Below are positions 52,835 to 53,810 of a DNA stretch of 53,810 nucleotides, one piece after another. The position numbers and the translations under genes were made by a program. The notes beneath the pieces are model-generated. The model was not told the origin of the DNA, did no database searches, and worked only from the letters and a program-made list of their open reading frames with translations. Position 1 is the first letter of the stretch, and every line of letters starts with the position of its first letter. The stretch is from the IMG/VR virus record IMGVR_UViG_3300044814_000019, positions 1-53,810 of that record, one strand, 5' to 3'. Origin of the DNA: a virus. Taxonomy: Duplodnaviria; Caudoviricetes.

Positions 52835-53810
52835 ATGAAAAAGCTCTTAGTCGCTCTATCAGTGCTATGCTGTACAGCGGTATCCGCGCTGGCGCAGAGC
52901 GCCGTCACGTTACCGATTGCTGCGAACGCCGTCGCCGACATCGGCAACGGCCCCATAAAAGTCCGCATGGTCGCGGGCAACGCGTCAATTTTCACGTCAC
53001 AAGGATCTGGCACTGGCAGCACGTCCGGCGCGTCTACAGCTTTGACGCTAACTGCGACGCCTGCAACACCACCGATCGTTGGCGGCCTGATTTCCGGCGT
53101 GGGTATCACATCAGGAACGACGGTCATCGCGTACAACGGTACGACGGGCATCACTTTGTCGGCCGCGATGACCGTAGCCGGCGGTACGGCGGTTGCGTGG
53201 GGTGCCGCGTGTCCGTCGACGCCGCCCAGCAACGTAATTCAAGCGTCACCCCAAGCCGACTACTACATTATGTACACGCAAGCCCGCGTGTGCGCAGTCT
53301 CGCCGGGCGGTCCGGTAAATACGCTTTTGATTGATCCGATTTTTTACGACCAAGCGACGCAGGGCGGTGGCGCCGGCCTAGTCGGATCAGTGTCCAATTC
53401 CGATGGAACGTTGACAATTACGCCAACAACCGGAGTGGTTATAGCATCTATTGCTTTGGGGCACCCAAACACATGGACTTCCACGCAGACATTTTCCACT
53501 TCCCCACTTGTTCCGACAGCGGCGCCTGGAACCAATAACACTCAGGCTGCTTCGACCGCATTTGTGCAAGCAGCGACGGCAACTTTTCTCAATAGTTTAT
53601 GCACTACGGCTGGCGCGTTTCCTGTCTATAACACAGTCAGCGCTGCCTGGGTTTGCTCTACAGTCGGCGGCGCAGGTTCGCAAGCAGTCCTCGCCGGGCC
53701 TTTAACTATCAACCCGCAATCTGGAGTAATTCCAGGATTCACGATCAATCAATCTCTATCTGGCTCGTCCCTGCCGACCGGCAATGCCGCAAATCTGATC
53801 TTCATAACAG
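52835..53810 (+). CDS. 5' part of a signal-peptide tail-fibre-like protein (continues at base 128)
   Basis: MKKLLVALSVLCCTAVSALA|Q. Contains the SPLVPTAAPGTNNTQAASTAFVQAA tail-fibre repeat. Missed by the ORF track because it runs off the end. Confidence 0.8.
   Translation, partial: MKKLLVALSVLCCTAVSALAQSAVTLPIAANAVADIGNGPIKVRMVAGNASIFTSQGSGTGSTSGASTALTLTATPATPPIVGGLISGVGITSGTTVIAYNGTTGITLSAAMTVAGGTAVAWGAACPSTPPSNVIQASPQADYYIMYTQARVCAVSPGGPVNTLLIDPIFYDQATQGGGAGLVGSVSNSDGTLTITPTTGVVIASIALGHPNTWTSTQTFSTSPLVPTAAPGTNNTQAASTAFVQAATATFLNSLCTTAGAFPVYNTVSAAWVCSTVGGAGSQAVLAGPLTINPQSGVIPGFTINQSLSGSSLPTGNAANLIFIT
53684..53810. repeat. terminal direct repeat (copy of 1-127)
   Basis: Exact identity with 1-127. 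Confidence 0.95.

Noticed and set aside
53684-53810. 127-bp terminal repeat as a biological direct terminal repeat
   Set aside because: It falls mid-gene and equals a standard assembler k-mer, so it is best read as a circularisation overlap.
1-53810. Genome-wide stop-codon reassignment (TAG)
   Set aside because: Core genes are intact in the standard code, and several TAG stops are followed by out-of-frame genes. No suppressor tRNA was seen.
1-53810. Integrase, repressor, tRNA or partition genes
   Set aside because: None recognised by eye. A highly divergent version cannot be excluded without HMM or tRNAscan searches.

Overview
The window is an apparently complete, circularly assembled dsDNA phage genome of about 53,683 bp. 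Bases 1-127 repeat exactly at 53684-53810, which is an assembly overlap, and one gene reads through the join. It looks like a podovirus-type (P22-like tail hub) phage of an Alphaproteobacterium, probably Hyphomicrobiales/Bradyrhizobium-like. This host call is inferred from a GcrA homologue, an Omp25/RopB-like outer-membrane protein and an FtsZ-tail-like peptide. No integrase or repressor was recognised. Recognisable genes include terminase, portal, GroES, scaffold, major capsid, tail hub/needle/ejection proteins, a two-domain endolysin, family A DNA polymerase, SSB, Cas4-like nuclease, SF2 helicase, primase-helicase, a C5 methyltransferase and three HNH-type endonucleases. The most unusual observations are: (1) a roughly 13.5-kb block spanning the join in which eight fibre/adhesin/hydrolase-like proteins each start with a Sec-type signal peptide and carry many cysteines; (2) a short (F/M/L)PW(E) motif at the termini of many unrelated DNA-handling and packaging proteins; (3) a small protein carrying an FtsZ C-terminal peptide mimic; (4) a methyltransferase with a second subunit overprinted in another frame; (5) morphogenesis genes scattered across both strands, apparently each with its own promoter; and (6) recurrent regulatory motifs (GTATGACA, the AACCGCTGGAGAGCG leader, GTAC-containing -10 boxes). 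All family assignments come from motif recognition by eye; no database searches were run.
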